A DNA stretch of 19,166 nt, from assembly GCA_964573245.1 (NCBI GenBank), contig CAZNJA010000023.1, positions 1 through 19,166 on the forward strand, given 5' to 3'. Under the pieces are notes generated by a model that did not search any database, had not been told where the DNA came from, and was given only the letters and a program-made list of their open reading frames with translations. Position numbers and translations under genes: made by a program. The DNA comes from an uncultured bacterium (GTDB lineage: Bacteria > CAIJMQ01). Shown piece after piece: positions 19,041-19,166 of the stretch; within the stretch, counting starts at the first letter, position 1; each line of letters starts with the position of its first letter.

Positions 19041-19166
19041 TTATTTCTGGATGTGAGATTCTTCTTTTGGCGTTCTTCCCATAAGTTCGCCCACCTCATC
19101 GAAGGGTTTTTTGCCTTCCCACAGAATCTCATAGACGGCGCGCGCTATCGGCATTTCCACGCCGAA
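19041..19166 (-). CDS. gpsA: NAD(P)H-dependent glycerol-3-phosphate dehydrogenase, 3' end (partial, runs off the window)
   Basis: Own translation of the minus strand from 19166: FGVEMPIARAVYEILWEGKKPFDEVGELMGRTPKEESHIQK*, matching the GpsA C-terminal VEMPI..AVY.IL..G......LM.R..K.E pattern. Not in the ORF track. Confidence 0.88.
   Translation of the reverse strand, partial: FGVEMPIARAVYEILWEGKKPFDEVGELMGRTPKEESHIQK

Noticed and set aside
19037-19132. Upstream start at 19132 for the flippase-like ORF
   Set aside because: It overlaps the gpsA C-terminus in another frame; the ATG at 19036 just after the gpsA stop is more plausible.

Overview
AT-rich bacterial chromosomal core region around the dnaA locus; the lineage cannot be determined from this window. 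The + strand carries tRNA-Ser(GGA), a short GIY-YIG nuclease, an NCS2 purine permease, an AMIN-domain amidase, murI, DnaA-box clusters, dnaA-dnaN-dciA(DUF721)-gyrB and tRNA-Leu(CAA). The - strand carries the gpsA 3' end, a half-size flippase-like protein, rpsB-tsf-pyrH-(two orphan membrane proteins)-frr, then dnaB, an orphan membrane protein, radA and a YacL-like PIN/TRAM protein. The gene content is ordinary. The unusual layer is many 25-50 bp palindromic elements. Several sit in-frame inside conserved genes (four in radA, one each in gyrB, murI and the flippase-like ORF), one recurs in the rpsB leader, and a dense interlocking chain lies between the tRNA-Ser 3' end and the GIY-YIG gene, a candidate mobiliser. 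A second layer is degenerate 7-/8-nt tandem tracts at gene junctions, including an inverted pair bracketing an orphan gene between dnaB and radA like a cassette.
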